Notes under the pieces: model-generated
Told to the model about the DNA's origin: nothing
The model's database searches: none
The model's input: the letters and a program-made list of their open reading frames with translations, nothing else
Assembly (NCBI GenBank): GCA_001687465.1
Contig: LVLI01000388.1
Coordinates: forward strand, 62,001 to 109,364
Length of the DNA stretch: 47,364 bases
Source of the DNA: Halocafeteria seosinensis
Taxonomy: Eukaryota
Direction: 5' to 3'
Program-made: the position numbers and the translations under genes
Part shown: positions 12,155-25,999 of the stretch, one piece after another
Numbering within the stretch: position 1 is the stretch's first letter
How the letters are laid out: each line of letters opens with the position of its first letter

Positions 12155-15100
12155 ATGGTGGAAATCTTAGTCATTCAGCGAGCAAGGCGCTCCAATTGGC
12201 CCTATATGATGCTTTTGAGCCTTATGTTGGGGATATTTGAAGCCTCATTGTCTCATGCGCAAGAGTTGGATGCTACTCCATCGACAACGACGACTCCGAG
12301 TCCGGGAACTCTAGCTCTGCCAGCAGTGTCCAAAACGCCTACCGTCACTCCCACACCTTCGGTCACACCGAATCCGGTGTCTGCCCAAGATGTTCCCGGT
12401 ATTTTCGGAGACTTGGCGCCGCCTAATATGTTCTTCTTCTGGTCGGCCCTACTCGCAGTGTTTGTGGTGCTCTTCAGCCATTCAGGAAGTGCAATCTTGG
12501 CAAAAGTTCTGGCGTTCGTGTTGAATTTTACCGTCCTCATGAACCAAGGAGGTAAGCATTTCCTCTCGTTATTCCAAAGCAAGCATGTGCGCTCGAATGT
12601 ATACTTACTTCGCATTCTTACTTTTCCTCGCTTTCCACGGTCCGTTTTTGCAGAAATCAACATTGGAAGTATCCAGGTATCGCTTCTTGGTGGAAAAGTG
12701 TTTGTTTACAATATCCAGTATCTGGATAACAGCGTTTGCGCTCGCATCGTCTCATTGGTAAGTATTTGCTGAAGTGAACGTGGTATTGTAAATACTTATC
12801 ATGCACAATATTGCAGGTCATATATATTCCCTGGTGGACGAGGGAAATCCACACCACACCAGCAACTGTGGGAAAGTTTCAGAGGCTCTCTCATAGAGTT
12901 GAGGTGATGATCGAAGGATTTGAGTTGATAATCTTAAATAGCTCTTCGGCGTATCAGAATATTGGCAAGCTGTACGAAGCTATGGGCCAGACCGATAAAT
13001 CCCCCTCCGACAGGAGGGAAGAGTTCAAGAAGGATGATTTTTTTGACCGTACTCAACTCCTAGAGAATAAATTCCTGCAGACATGGTTCAATACTGGTCC
13101 CAGCACTGGAGATATTCGCAACCCCGCAGCACCAGATAAGTCCATCGTTCACTGGTTACTGCGCTTCGCTCCGGTTTCCCATGTCTGCATCCAGACAGGG
13201 TCGATTCTCGTGGGGAACCCCTTATTGCCTACGATACTTGTGACATCTTGGAAGGAAAGCAACACCCTGGCGTTTGCTGGTAGGTGCCCAATCTCAAACC
13301 AGGCTGATGCTGGTGTGTATCGTTTCCATTTAAACACGAAATTTGAGTCAATCACGTCTTGGTTTGCCCTTAATTCTCGCTATAACGGCGATTTAGGAAC
13401 TGTCAGGTCCCAAACTCAATGGGCTGTAGAGTCAATTCGACACCGATTTCACGGGGTTAGACAAGCGGTCGACGATGCTATCGGGTCGGCCAACGACAGC
13501 ACAACGGATCCAACGGATAGTGAACTCGATGATTTGTCAAGGCGGAAGGCGCGGCAGATGAAAACTCAAAAGCGGCGTGACTGGTACCGACGCACCGCTG
13601 GTGCCAGAGCACGTATGGGGCATCGCTCGGAGAGTATTGCCCAGGGAGGAGCTGCACGAGTCGAAATTGCAGACAATCCAGAGTTAGAGCGTGGAGGCCG
13701 TCTTGACAAAGTTTTAGAAGTATTGAGGAGGCGCCAACGATGTGACGAAGACTCACAACTCCTTTCGTGCTCCTCGCTTCATGTAGACTTCTACGCTGAT
13801 GTCCAAGGGCATCAATCCTTAAAGGTCCGCAATAGAAAAAAACAAACTACTGACAGGCTGTTAGCAGATCTGAATTTTCACATACAAATCGGAGACGAAA
13901 ATGAGCGACAGTTGGAACGCGAGTGTATATTTCAGTATGGACCCTGGCACGACCGGCAACTAAAGCTGCTGCAGTACTTCTACTTTCCAATTACCCCTGA
14001 AGACCAACCTACCGAGTTGCCGGATGGAGCCAGGCGGACATGGCTGGCCATACACTTTCGAGCTTTGTCTAAACTTCGATTGAAGATCCCCTTCATTAAG
14101 CGCACCATTGGATCCCCTAATCCCCTATTTGGAGAAGCGGCAAAAAAATGCAACATCGAACATAGCGAACAGGCACCGCAAAGCCTTGAGGAAGTACTAC
14201 GTTTTGTTCAAGACAACCAAACGCAGACAAGTTGTATCCCGAAGGAAGTCCGAGAGGTCTTTAGTGCGGAGCGGACGAAAATGAATGAGAGGAAATCGAG
14301 CACGGGGAATGAAGCAAGCGTCTTCGAGGATAAAGGACCCACGACCAATGAATTTTTCCAGTTCATGGCTGAGAATTCTAGCCCGAAAAATGAAGCGATT
14401 GCTCGTGGAGCAACACTCGATTGGTTTGAACTGACAATTTATGGCAATTCGGAGTATGATTCATTGCCTCTCAAAGGCTGCACTACGTTTGAGGGGTACG
14501 CAGACAAGCTAATGGGCTCATTGGGAGGTACCAGCCTGGAGTTTGAAAACCTAGGCGCTTACGAAGCTTGTTCAAGCGAGCCTATTTTCGAATTACAGAA
14601 GGCAAGCTTCATCAACGCTCATCGGTACCCAGTAGAATGGAATGGCACACAGCACATTGCTAACCGGGTTGTCTTAGAAAGCGGGTACGGCGTCCTTGGA
14701 GGTGATGAAATATTGCGAATACGGGAGTGGATTCGGTCGTGGGGCGCGTTGTATGAAGCCCCTTGGCTTCCGCACGGAGCGACAGCGTACTCTCGTAATC
14801 CATTCCAAGCAGAAAGCGGAAAAGCTTTGCATCTTCCTTATTTCAGTTACATGGAGATTAGGTGCTCATGTATGCGATTCCGCTTGTTTGCGAACCCAGA
14901 CAATGTCGAAGGCTATCCAATCCAACAGAAGGACTCGCCTATGGTCATCCTGGAATCGGAGGAGTTAGTATACTCGAGTAGTAGTTATTCGAGTCCCTCG
15001 ACATCAGAATCCGGGAAAACGCCGAAACCCGATGAGCAGAGCACATTCAGAGATTTTCCTGGAGACTTTACGACAGATCATAAGGTTGTAATTGCTGGAA

Positions 15101-18100
15101 AAAGTAGCAACGAATGGACCCGCCGTACTAATGGAGGGAGCCAACCGTCTTCCACAAACCGGCATCCATTAGAGGACGCTGTGATTTTTGTGGAACTTCC
15201 GGAACATCACCCTTTGCAAAGGGGATTACCAGATAAGAACAATCGAGAGCCCTTGGCGGCATTCTCTGAGATTGAAATGACTATGAACTATACCAGTGAT
15301 TACACATCCTTTGCGAGTGCCCACGATTGTCTGATAGGGAACGTACGCTGCAGCGAGTTGGTTTTGAGCGGCTCACCCGCGTGCTTGCACGCCCTGTATA
15401 ACGTATACAACAATTATATGGGGGATGCAATGGCTCCTATGAGTTTTCGAGAGTGGGAGCAAGCAGGGTATAAGAATGCTCTGGCTTCAGTACTGGCTCA
15501 GCGGTACTCCATGGTTCAGCCTACAACGGTGCTACACGCCGACTGGGTGCGACAGTTAGAAACGAGTGAGAAGGCATGCTTCAACTCTGATGCAAGGGAG
15601 CTGGATACAACATTTGACATCCAATTGATTAACCCTAATATTTCGTTTCCGCGCAAAGAACTGTTTCTTCAGGACGACCGAATAGGCAACGTTAAGTCTT
15701 TTGAAGTATCGTGCACTACGTTTGATCTCTCCTACGTTGGGTCTCCAGCACAAAGCCAAATCAATTGCTGGCTTTCCCCTATGTGTTTTTCTGGAGTGTA
15801 CACCGACGTGAACAACTTGACGAAAGCACGAGAACTGGCTTGCATCAAGTCTACCAGTTTGGAGCGCTTCACTACATATGGTTCTACTCGTCCAGATGCA
15901 CTTGGTCTTCTCGCACCCCTAGAAGCAGAAACAACCGTTACTGTTGGGAACTCCAATGTTGAGTTAGAGTCGGCCGACTTTACATCAATAATGTATTTCT
16001 TGCATAATCACTCTGCTCAGTGGTCGCTGTTAGAGAAAGAGGCATGCTTGCCTCAATCCTATTCTCCAAAACGGTACATGCGGATTACGATCTCCAACCT
16101 CCAAGTTCAGTCTCCATGGCGCAATACCCTACAAACGAAGGATGCTGATGATATCGACGCTATGTTACGTGCTGCGAGTGAAGCTGCGCTATCTTCGCGG
16201 GGGCTATCGCCCTCTGGCAAACAGGCGAGCGGTAGGTTTGCGGTCTCTCTAGATATATTGAGTGGTCACCGCCCGTTCTTTGTGGAGCCGATTCCTGTGG
16301 GATGGCTCGTCACCTCAAGTAGCGGAGCCGACGTTCAATGCTCTTCAATAGCTACGGCGGAGAAAGATGGTACACTTATTTGGACGAATGAGCAGAATAG
16401 CTTAACACCAGTTTCCTTGATGGGTGATGAAGATGATACTTGCAGAGAATGGCAGTTCACGATACCTGACAATCAGTCAATAGTGGAGTTTTCCATATGG
16501 GAAGTTTGGGCTATGTGGTATTTCGAAAAAAACAGCAGGGACGAAGCTCGGCGGGAAGTTAAACGGCTTACTCCCGTACCTGCGGGGTCAGGTTCGTTGC
16601 AAACGATGATGTTGAAGCGCTTGCAGTCCATAGGCGCTAGCTCCCCTAACACTAGCGAGCCGGAGAGTGAAGAAGAAACAGTTCGCTATTCGAAAACAGA
16701 GGACCAGTATAACTGGATTCCGCTTCATTTTTGTACCGACAGCAGCATTCCGAAGGATGGAATTCAGTGTCCCTGTGCAATAGGAGATGCAAGAGCAGAA
16801 TTGATGGGATCATCGTCTTTCTGGTTTCCTAGTAGTAAAGCATGCGGCAATTCTTCGGAGCTTTTGCGAGAACCGTCGCGTTCTTTGGTGGGAACGTCTT
16901 TTGAGAGGCGTACATCCTATGGAGATCTCGAAATCGCAGAACTTGTGGGGAACTTTAGTAAGGAAGTTGTCACTATCCACCCAACGAGTATGAACATCCA
17001 TGTTGTGGATCGCCAGTTGGAGCTGTGCATGAGTATGCTCATGGAAATGAATTCTCCGTTTCATCGGTCTATCGATATAAGCGGGAAGCAGGAAATGAGT
17101 GCTAAGCAGCTGGCAATTACCTCACAACTGTGGTCATGCGTGTCTACGCCCTCTCCAGCGAACAACGTAGAACCCGACGCTATTCAAGACAGCTCTGAGA
17201 GTCAACAAGGTACTGTTTCTTCCAGTAACGCAGGGGTTTTCAGTGTTTTCGGTTTACATCCTCAACAACTGAAAGGCGACATATCTGTTAATGTTAATTT
17301 TAGTATGCTTGACAATGCGGGGAATCCTGGGTACAGCAACGTAGTCGAGAAGTTGCTTGATTTTGTAACTCAGTGCTCTTTGCGCAGGGACAAGCAAGAT
17401 GACCGTAGGCTCTTATTTCCAATGTTGGGCTCTGAGCGTCCCGTTGCAACTGGCTTGTCTTCCCTTCCCAATGAAATCGCTGCTCATCTTAGCTCCGTCG
17501 TTCAAGGATGGATGAAGGCCAAGGGTCTTCGGGATTTACCGCTCAGGGGGGTACCTGTGACGGAACAGACGGGAACAAACTCCGGTAACGTTGCTGTTGA
17601 CAGACATGGGAATGAGAAAGACGGTTTCCTTCTCTCAGTAACTCATCCTGTTACCGGATGGACTGATGCTGAATGTTCTGTGAAGGCTCTGCAGTTTTTT
17701 AGTTCTTTGCTGGGCAGCTACTCCTGCTCTTCGGCGTTCCTTGCTTCCTGTCTTTTTGCGGAGGAAGAAAAGACTGTATCCCAAACGTCTAAGATGTCAA
17801 CTCATTCAATACGCCTAGAAGTAGACTCTCTCGAATTTTCTGTCAAGAATGTAAGAGACCCGAAGGGTGATTCCAACGTCATTCTGACAAACGTTTTATC
17901 GGATTTGGTAGTGACGTCGGAGACAGGAGACAGTGGCCACTCTCTAATGATTTATATTCAAAAAGGCGAGGCTATCGGAGCTACGATTGCTCGTGGTCGC
18001 GAGGAAAGACGGCTGGTGAGTTTACATTTTTCATCGGCCTCCGTTCGAAATGACACCTTGCCGAGTACATTGGAGTTTTCAGTGGGAAACGTTGACATGA

Positions 18101-21100
18101 ATGTGTTAAGGGATCCTGTTGAAGAAGCTCTCTTAACTATTCAAACGATAGGAAGCTACGCGTCATCTTGTGGATGTGCCGTATCGCATTGCGATGAAAA
18201 GTATTGTAATCAAATCCGTAATGTAAGGGAGTCTTTGCTCGCGGTCACTTCAGAAATTGGACTGGTTGAATGGATCATTCATAGATCCCGCCGAAACAGA
18301 CAGCCGGCGGTTGACTCTAGGGGCAAAAAGAAGCAGAAAGAAAAACAACCCCATCAGAAGCAATATGACGCTCCCAGCACTACCCGCAGACGACAGTCTT
18401 GGCATGGTGGAATGGCCCTTCACGATGTGTCGACGTGCGTGCTTCCAGCTACTCGAAGAAGGAGAGCGAACTCTCAAGATTCATATCTTGGTTGGAATGG
18501 AAGTAGCTTGGATAACTCGTCTAAACAAGTAAACCTGTTGATGTCTGAAACGTCTCTAGAGGAAGTCTTTACCTCGGAGCCCAGTCAATTTAGAAGTCAA
18601 AGCAAGAAGGTGGACAGCTTGCTCGGTCCCGTGCAACGGATTTTAGAACATGCTGCCAACGTACAGCGACGACTAATTTCGCTAGAGTCTCATGCGGATA
18701 ATGAAGATCGCATTGTGCAATCCCTAAGAAGGATTGAGAGAAAGCTAATTCAAATTTTTGCGTTCCGCTTTGCCGAGTTTATCCAAGGGAACCGGAAGAC
18801 GTATTTCGAGGGGTTTTCGAAGCAGAAGTATGTTCGGGAGGAACCGCGGCCCTTTTCGCTTCACGAATTTGTCCACCGAACCTGTGAAAAAGCTGGCGAG
18901 CAGTGTGCGTCATTTGCTTCTCGTTCTGGGCAAACTTCCCATTCAGCCAACTTATTTGCTCATACCTTCCGATTTGGATTCAGTGATAGCGTAACCGATG
19001 GAATTTCATCTCCCTTACTTCTTCCAACGGAAGCTCCTGAGGGGCAACCAATCCCAGATTATTGCTTTAGTGATATTGGGTATCACTCCTGTCAAGTGCA
19101 AGCGAATGATTTACTAGTTGCGGTTGAACAACATACTTCCTGGGAGTCCTTTGAAACCTACAATTCATCTACGAATCACAAAGTTTACTGCAATAACATA
19201 AAGGTATTGGCTGAACCGGACCTCTTACCCACGGCCTTGGTAGCCGCGCAGCAGTACCAGGTTTGTAAGGCTTCTCCCTCTATTCGCTCCGCGCTGATAT
19301 CGGAGAAAGCAAACCTTAATGTCAGCCCGAAAACCACTCGGATTTCCGGGGAGTCGTCGACATTTCTTTGTGTTAGCGACTTTAGTGTTCACATTTTAGG
19401 AGGGGAGAATGCCTGGCTCCAGGTTGACACAGAACTTTCAGGCTACATGGGGAACCATCATACGTTTTGCAGTATTCCTGTGGCGACTGCGGAACTCCGA
19501 TCGAATTCTGTAGATGCCAGAAATGAAGCTACGAAAATGAAAGGTACGTCTTCCCTTTGGAGTTCTAAGGTCTCAAGTGTCAGCTTCTGGAGCTATCACG
19601 ATACGGAGGGAGGTAAGTTCCTCACTGTCCAAAAAGCCTTCGCCGACCTGTTACTATCGCCATATCTTGTGGACGCCATAACGGATGGGCTAATGGAATG
19701 GGAAAACGAATCTGAAACGTTCAATATATCCTTGGAATCTCTGCAGCACACAGTATCCGCCGGTGCAGTGGAATCCCAAATTTCTAAGGGGAAAGGTCTG
19801 GCGGTCCTTGTGTCGGAAATCGACTTTAATATTATAGCGTCTTCTACCCTTTGCGTCAGTTACACCATGGAAAAGTTAAATCTGAACCAGCGTGCCTCGA
19901 TAGGTGATTCTCGTTCCAGAATTTACGCATCGAAACAGTCCGTAAAGTTCCTGCGCGAGAAAGCTGTCCTGTTCGAAGTCGGACTACCACAAGTTGAAAC
20001 GTACATACTGTACAAAGAAGATACCCCGGGTGTCCCATTAAGAAATGTATGCTGCATGATAGAAAAAACTGAAGCTGGATTCACGGAACAATCTGTGGCT
20101 AGCTTGCTTAGGGTGCAGGCTTCTTCAGAAGCGGAATTAAAGTTCTTGTTTCACCGCTGCTCGGAGGTATATTCATCGCTACAGAGAAGTTGGTCATCGA
20201 TCAAAGGTGTAACCGAAGAACCGGCGAAGGAGCTCGCCACTTCCCCGGAGGAGGGATGCTTGACGTCCGTGTTTATCGTACAACGATATGTAAGCATAGA
20301 CTTTGACACTGTGGAGAACGCGTATACTAGGAGACTCAACTTCACTGGAGGTCCAAACTGTGTCCTCTTGACGAGGTCCGAGGGATCTAGTGCTAGTAGT
20401 GACTCTACACTAGTACCTCACGTCCAAATGGTATTCTATAATCTCCTTATCAAACTACTCGAACGCCATGATGGCTGCGAAGAAGCCGCTGCCGTTTCTA
20501 AGAAAAATGCCTCCCTCGTCTCTCTCCCTGTGCCCTTTGCTTCAATCCAGGAGGCTAATTCTGATGCAAACGCTGATTCGTCCTCTGTGGTATCTGAAGA
20601 ATCTGGATTTACCCAGGGCAAGAATACCTCCATCCTTAGGGATCTTCGAATTTCATCATCCCTGAATATATCCGGAGACTCAAGTGATTGGTTGACAGCG
20701 TTACCTCCAAGCTCCCACTTCCGCCTGGTTGGTAGCTCCGAATCAACTCTGGGTATTGAGTTTGTACCCAAGGAACAAGAAAACTCGAACACGCACTATA
20801 CAATCTCTGTTGAGCTAGCCAAGAGCGCCACGGTTGTTTTCCCTCCGGCTCTCAGGTGGATCGTAAAGTTCACCGAAAGCATTAATAAGCTTGCGCAGCG
20901 CTCATCTCTAGCGCTTAACTCCCTGGAACATGGCAATGGAAGCTCCGAACGGAAGTCAGCAACCTTCTCGCACACAACTAATAAGAGTGCGGGAGTTTCG
21001 GTGTCGGCTGATGAAGATACCGAGGATGATATGTTTGGACTCTACACAAGCGACATGACGTTGGATGTTGTTGCTCAGCTCTCTATCAGCAATGCAATCG

Positions 21101-24100
21101 TTGCGTTTCCGTATGTTCCTGAGTGGGCGCGCGTCGGAGACATTTCTTCTACACTTCAAAAGACTGATAGTGAACCCAAGGGCATCAATCTAGGTACAAT
21201 AAATGAAGATTCTGTCGATGTCAGCAGCGTTAGAACCTTATTGCGCAAGTATGTAGCAACTGATCCTGAACAAATTCCGGACGATAAAACTGCGAATTAT
21301 CTGGATGCATTGTGCTTGAGACTCGGTGACGCTTTAGTCAATGTGAAGGCCCATAGAGATTCGAGCTACACTGAAAGTGATCATCCGCTCTCTGTGGCTG
21401 CATCCGGAATGAACGAAGATGTAGATGAATCCCAGATGCGTTCCAACTATTGGCAAGGCTCGCTAGCGTGCGCTGTGTCCGGCGTGCGTCTGGGAACCAG
21501 GGCGAACAAGGTAGAGGACTTAATTATTCGCGGCCCATCAGCAATGGAGCATGCGATTTCTAATTTAGCAGGGTTCCTCTGTAACATATCAAAGATTGAA
21601 CTGACATCGTCAGTGTCTCATGGCGTGGCACCCGCTTCTTCGGAAAAGGCGGAAGGATGTTTGGACACACGGATTGTGGGCACTGTGTCTACCGATCCGC
21701 TGCTTGTAGCTGTAAATCCTGGCTGTCTCACAGACTTATACTCGTTGCTGTTCACGTGGAAGATGTCTGGATGTATCGACGATGCTATTCAAGACATTCT
21801 GAGTGAAAAACAAAATAAACCATCCTTGAGCGGGCAAATCACTTCAAGGAGCACTGTGACCGCTGCCGCGTTCGATGATGAAGAGGTAGAAGAGTTCGAT
21901 ACCGATACAGGCCCCCAAGAAGGTGCAATCCAAGTATCCGAGGGGCCATCCTCCAGGACGCTTCAGCATTTTTGCTGTATCACCTTCATTGGTTTTGTAA
22001 GTGGGGGCTCCGCTCGCTTATATGGTTTGCCTGACCTGGCAGCTCAAAGCACTCCCAAAGATCAGAAGGAACAGAGTGGCCTTCTATTCGATATGCCATT
22101 ACCACGCCTACAAATTATTTCTAACGAGGATGTACTCCCTATGGGGGCGGGTGACAAGGAACCTGGGTACATGTACTTTGGAGTAGAAGTACAGCCTTTT
22201 ATCATAAATCCTGATCTATTTTCCTTTGTTCAGCAATCATTTGTCATATGGAAGTCAATTCATGCTACCAGGATTATTGCTAGTGTAGGTGAACGAGCAG
22301 GAGACATTGGCTACATGGGAGACCTGTCATCACCTCCCTGGGAGGGTGGGTACCCACAATGGATGAGTTCTCCAAAGGCAGGCCGATTACAGCGGATTGA
22401 TAGCAAATATTCTGAATCGAAACAGAAAGAACAATGGGATAAACAGTCCTCTGGCTCTGGCCATGAGTGGTCAACAATCGTGCATATGGATATCTACACC
22501 AAGGACACCCAGAGCGTACGAGATGCTATGGAACCAGCGTTTAGTGTCTCTTGCGAACCGATGGTGAACAACGTAGAATTTCTGTGCTACCTGGAGAAAC
22601 CAATACAAGCAAGTGCCCGTGTATCTCATGGGGGACTTTTTCGCTCCTCGAGTGGCAAGGTAGACAGTTACAATGTGGTAGCGTCGAAAGTGTCCTTCAG
22701 GGTTGTTGAGAAAAAAGATGGTACTATCAACAACGTGATCACCTCTGCTGTACTTACCGGTATGGATGTATCGGCCATCAAGCGGTGCTCTGGGGCTACG
22801 GATATCGCGTCGGGCGAAACGCCGGCTGTAGAGGCCACCACTGAAGATTGGCACGATATCCAGTTGGTTTTGGGAAAATTGAGTTACAAGTTGTTCACAG
22901 CCAACATGGAGAGTGCCCTGTTGTTCCTTCATGGCTGGGGCTGCAAGCTTGAGGAAACCGCCCATGCGCTGCAAGTCATGCTTGGCTTACTGAGTGAAGA
23001 TTATCACATTCCCCAAGCGTCGTTTTCTCGTAACTCCCCTTACGATGCCCGGAAAATTCGAGAAGCCCTTATCGATTTCCTTCAGAATGTGATTGAGAGT
23101 CCACAGAAGGATGGCTTACCTAATTTTTTACTCCACCCGAATTCTGCGAGTAGAACGTACGCGCGGATAAAAAGGATAACTGGAGAACTCGGCACAAACC
23201 AAGCGGCCGGAGCGGACTTCAAAGCTAGCGTCGACAACTTCTGGTTACTTTCTCGCTTGGATGACTGCCGCGTGTCGCCATCCAAGGGAAAGAATAACAC
23301 TGACATTTCTACTGGGTTTCACAAGCTCAGTTACCGGATTTTGAAGAAGTTGAGTGTAGCCGGTAGTCTCGAATGCTCTAAAGCAAGTTTCTATGTCGGA
23401 TGGAAGAAAAATCCTGAGATAAGAACGCAGCTCCAGGTACTGACAGAATGCGAGATCGGACGCCTAAGCTCGACACTGCAGGATGTTGTTGGCCAAGGAA
23501 ACTCAGCGAGTATGCCAGTGTTAGATGCTACAGTGAACAGAATAGCACTGAAGGTTGGTAACAGGGTGGAACGAGGACCATCTGGTAATAGTGACGCCTT
23601 CGTATACTTGTGCCGTGTTTCTTCTATCGCTGCTAATGTGGCACCGACCCTCCTAGTAGCAACTGTTGATGTGTTGCTGGAGCCGTATATCAACCTTCTG
23701 GAGCTCTATTATCGCTCTGCTAGCAAGCTTTACAAGGTAGCAGATACATCCCTTTTCCAACTTACAGAGTCTCCTGCGCATAAGCAAATGGTTGGGAGAC
23801 TCAATGAGGCTTTCCATCAGGCTATTCATGCCCACGTCGAGCACCAGAGGCAGTGGCAGGAGCATCGGAGACAACCTGTTGCTGTCCACACAGATCCTTT
23901 ACTTGCCCTCGGTCAAGGAACTATCATGGTTGGTAAACTAGATGTTTTTTGGTACGCGGCTTCAGGCCCGGTAAAAGAAGTAAACAAAATTCGGGCCAGT
24001 GGCAAGAGTGTTAGGTTGGATCTGCGCCAGCAATTTCCGGATGTTGATGACGAGCCGCGATTACATCATCCTATTTTTGGCCGAGTCCTTACTGTAGCAT

Positions 24101-24852
24101 ACCAAGAAGTGCAACTTGACAGGATTACACAAAGGTCAGACAACCAGAGGGCTCAATATGAAGTGGTAGCTGAAGACTCGCTTCTCAAATTTCCGCCTTC
24201 AGAAATTATGATAAGAACTGAACAAGCATTTGAAGAAAGCGAATACTCGAACTTGATTGCGAGTTCCACGGGCACCTACAGTGGTGACGGTAGTTCACAG
24301 GCGGCGACGGGCGGCAAACTAACTAACGAACTTCTCTATGTCTTCAAGTCAAGATTCAAGGACTCCATAGGAACGTCCAACGACATGAGATCCTATAATT
24401 ATGTGGGATCGATTAGTGGTCCGTTCAGAAGTAAAATGGCTCAAGCCAGCAATCGCTTAAACCTGTTGCTCAGCCGGCTAGAGCAATCACGGACCTCCAG
24501 TATCAATGCTCGCTTGAACCGGGAATTATATGTCAGTGTCGTTACCGGATACGTGTACCTTGCGAGTTCTCCTGCGGTAATAGCAATGAGAGCGAGCAAA
24601 TATGCCGCTGCTCCAACGACTCAACTCAATTTCACTCCGAATCCCCGTGTTGAGCGATCCGAAGCTTTCCAGTTTAATCCCAAATTCTTCGGCGATCTAT
24701 ACTTAACAAGCATATTAAGCACATTTGGTATTCGCGTGCAGGAACGACTTCCTGAGGTCTTCTTCAATACCATATCTACCCCGACCATCGAGTTCTTGGA
24801 ACTGGTACGCCAATGGTGCGAGTTGTTTCAACTCAAGAATGAGGAAGACTAA
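12155..24852 (+). CDS. Bridge-like lipid transfer protein of the BLTP1/KIAA1109/Csf1/Tweek family, ~4,200 aa. Exons approx. 12155-12551, 12654-12757, 12817-24852
   Basis: N-terminal TM anchor followed by segments matching my recollection of the Csf1 N-terminal region: IGSIQVSLLGGKVFVYNIQY, IYIPWW, RVEVMIEGFELIILNSSSAYQNI, GSILVGNP, LHVDFYADVQG, FQYGPWHDRQ..LQYFYFP. Very large size and beta-strand-rich composition fit. Introns 12552-12653 and 12758-12816 are GTAAG..CAG. Confidence 0.85.
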
Positions 24853-25999
24853 CTGCATTGCTTGCCTGGGAATAGCGTCACCCCCAGTGCTTCATGCTAC
24901 AGAAATCGTCTGTAGCACACATCAATGCATACAATACGGCCAAATCTGTATCAGGGCACAACCACCTTTGTTACATGTAGTGTAGGTTTCAGCACAAACT
25001 GCTGCTTGCTACACAAGTAAAGCATCAACAATGCTACCTATCGAATTCCTCAATTATTTTCACAATCATACAACTTGTTACACAGCAAGGCAATGTTGGA
25101 TTCCTCGTATGAGTCAGTGGCTTGACTCAGCAGGGTGGACTCCTCTACCGTGTTTGAAGCGGGATTCCCAAGCCCATGTTCTTCAGCTTTACAGCATGTT
25201 CTACGCTGCCAGTTCCACATAGTAGACGCCTTCCTTTGTAGATAAAGCACATAAGCAAGCTCTCTAAGTCCGCGTTGTGGCATCCGGGACTGGAAGAGGG
25301 AAGAGAAAGGGAAGTAAAGATGGTACGAAGCATGACTCACACTACTACCCTCTACAGGAACCAACCGTGTGAGCTGTAAGTCTCGACAGCAGCATGACTG
25401 CACCCTATAGATCGTGCTCACATTTGGGTCCGAGTATCAGCGTCTAAATTCCCCATGAAAGGACGGCAAAAGGACCAACAACACCGGGAAATAGCCCACA
25501 AACCCAAAACCTAAGGGGTGGTTGAAGCAGCCATGCGGGAAATTATTGTGGCGTTCGAACCGGCTATGATGCTGCACACGCGCCCCATTTTTGCTGCCAA
25601 GAGAGCGCGCAGCGGCACCTTGATAGTCACATTCTTATGTGTCCCTTACAGTCTTTATGCCGTGGCTGTGTGTGAGGGTGCAGCAGAGCTTTGTAACAGG
25701 CGTGTAACGGCTTCAGCGCGTCGCCAGAGAACAGAGAACGGGGAACAGGAGTTCCCCGGGGTCCATGATCGGAGTATTCCCTCCTTGCAGCAGTTAGTTG
25801 ATGGGTTTTAACAAGGTTTGAAAAGACGCACACCCACGAACACACAAAGCGAAATAAATATTGAGGTAAAGGGCTTGATGGCGAACGGGCACTAGTTTGT
25901 GTAAAGGTGCACATACAGTAGAGTCACACTGTTCTCGCTATTGTTATCTCCGTACTTGTATCAAGAAACCTTTTAACACTGATAAGAAGAACTAACACC

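Noticed and set aside
12811..24852. 4013-aa ORF as a viral polyprotein, NRPS/PKS or giant toxin
   Set aside because: No such catalytic motifs are visible. It splices to upstream exons and shows Csf1/BLTP1-type N-terminal motifs.
25518..25914. ORFs 25518-25811 (+) and 25627-25914 (-)
   Set aside because: Short, no recognisable motifs or convincing splice partners; likely promoter/UTR of the zinc-cluster gene.
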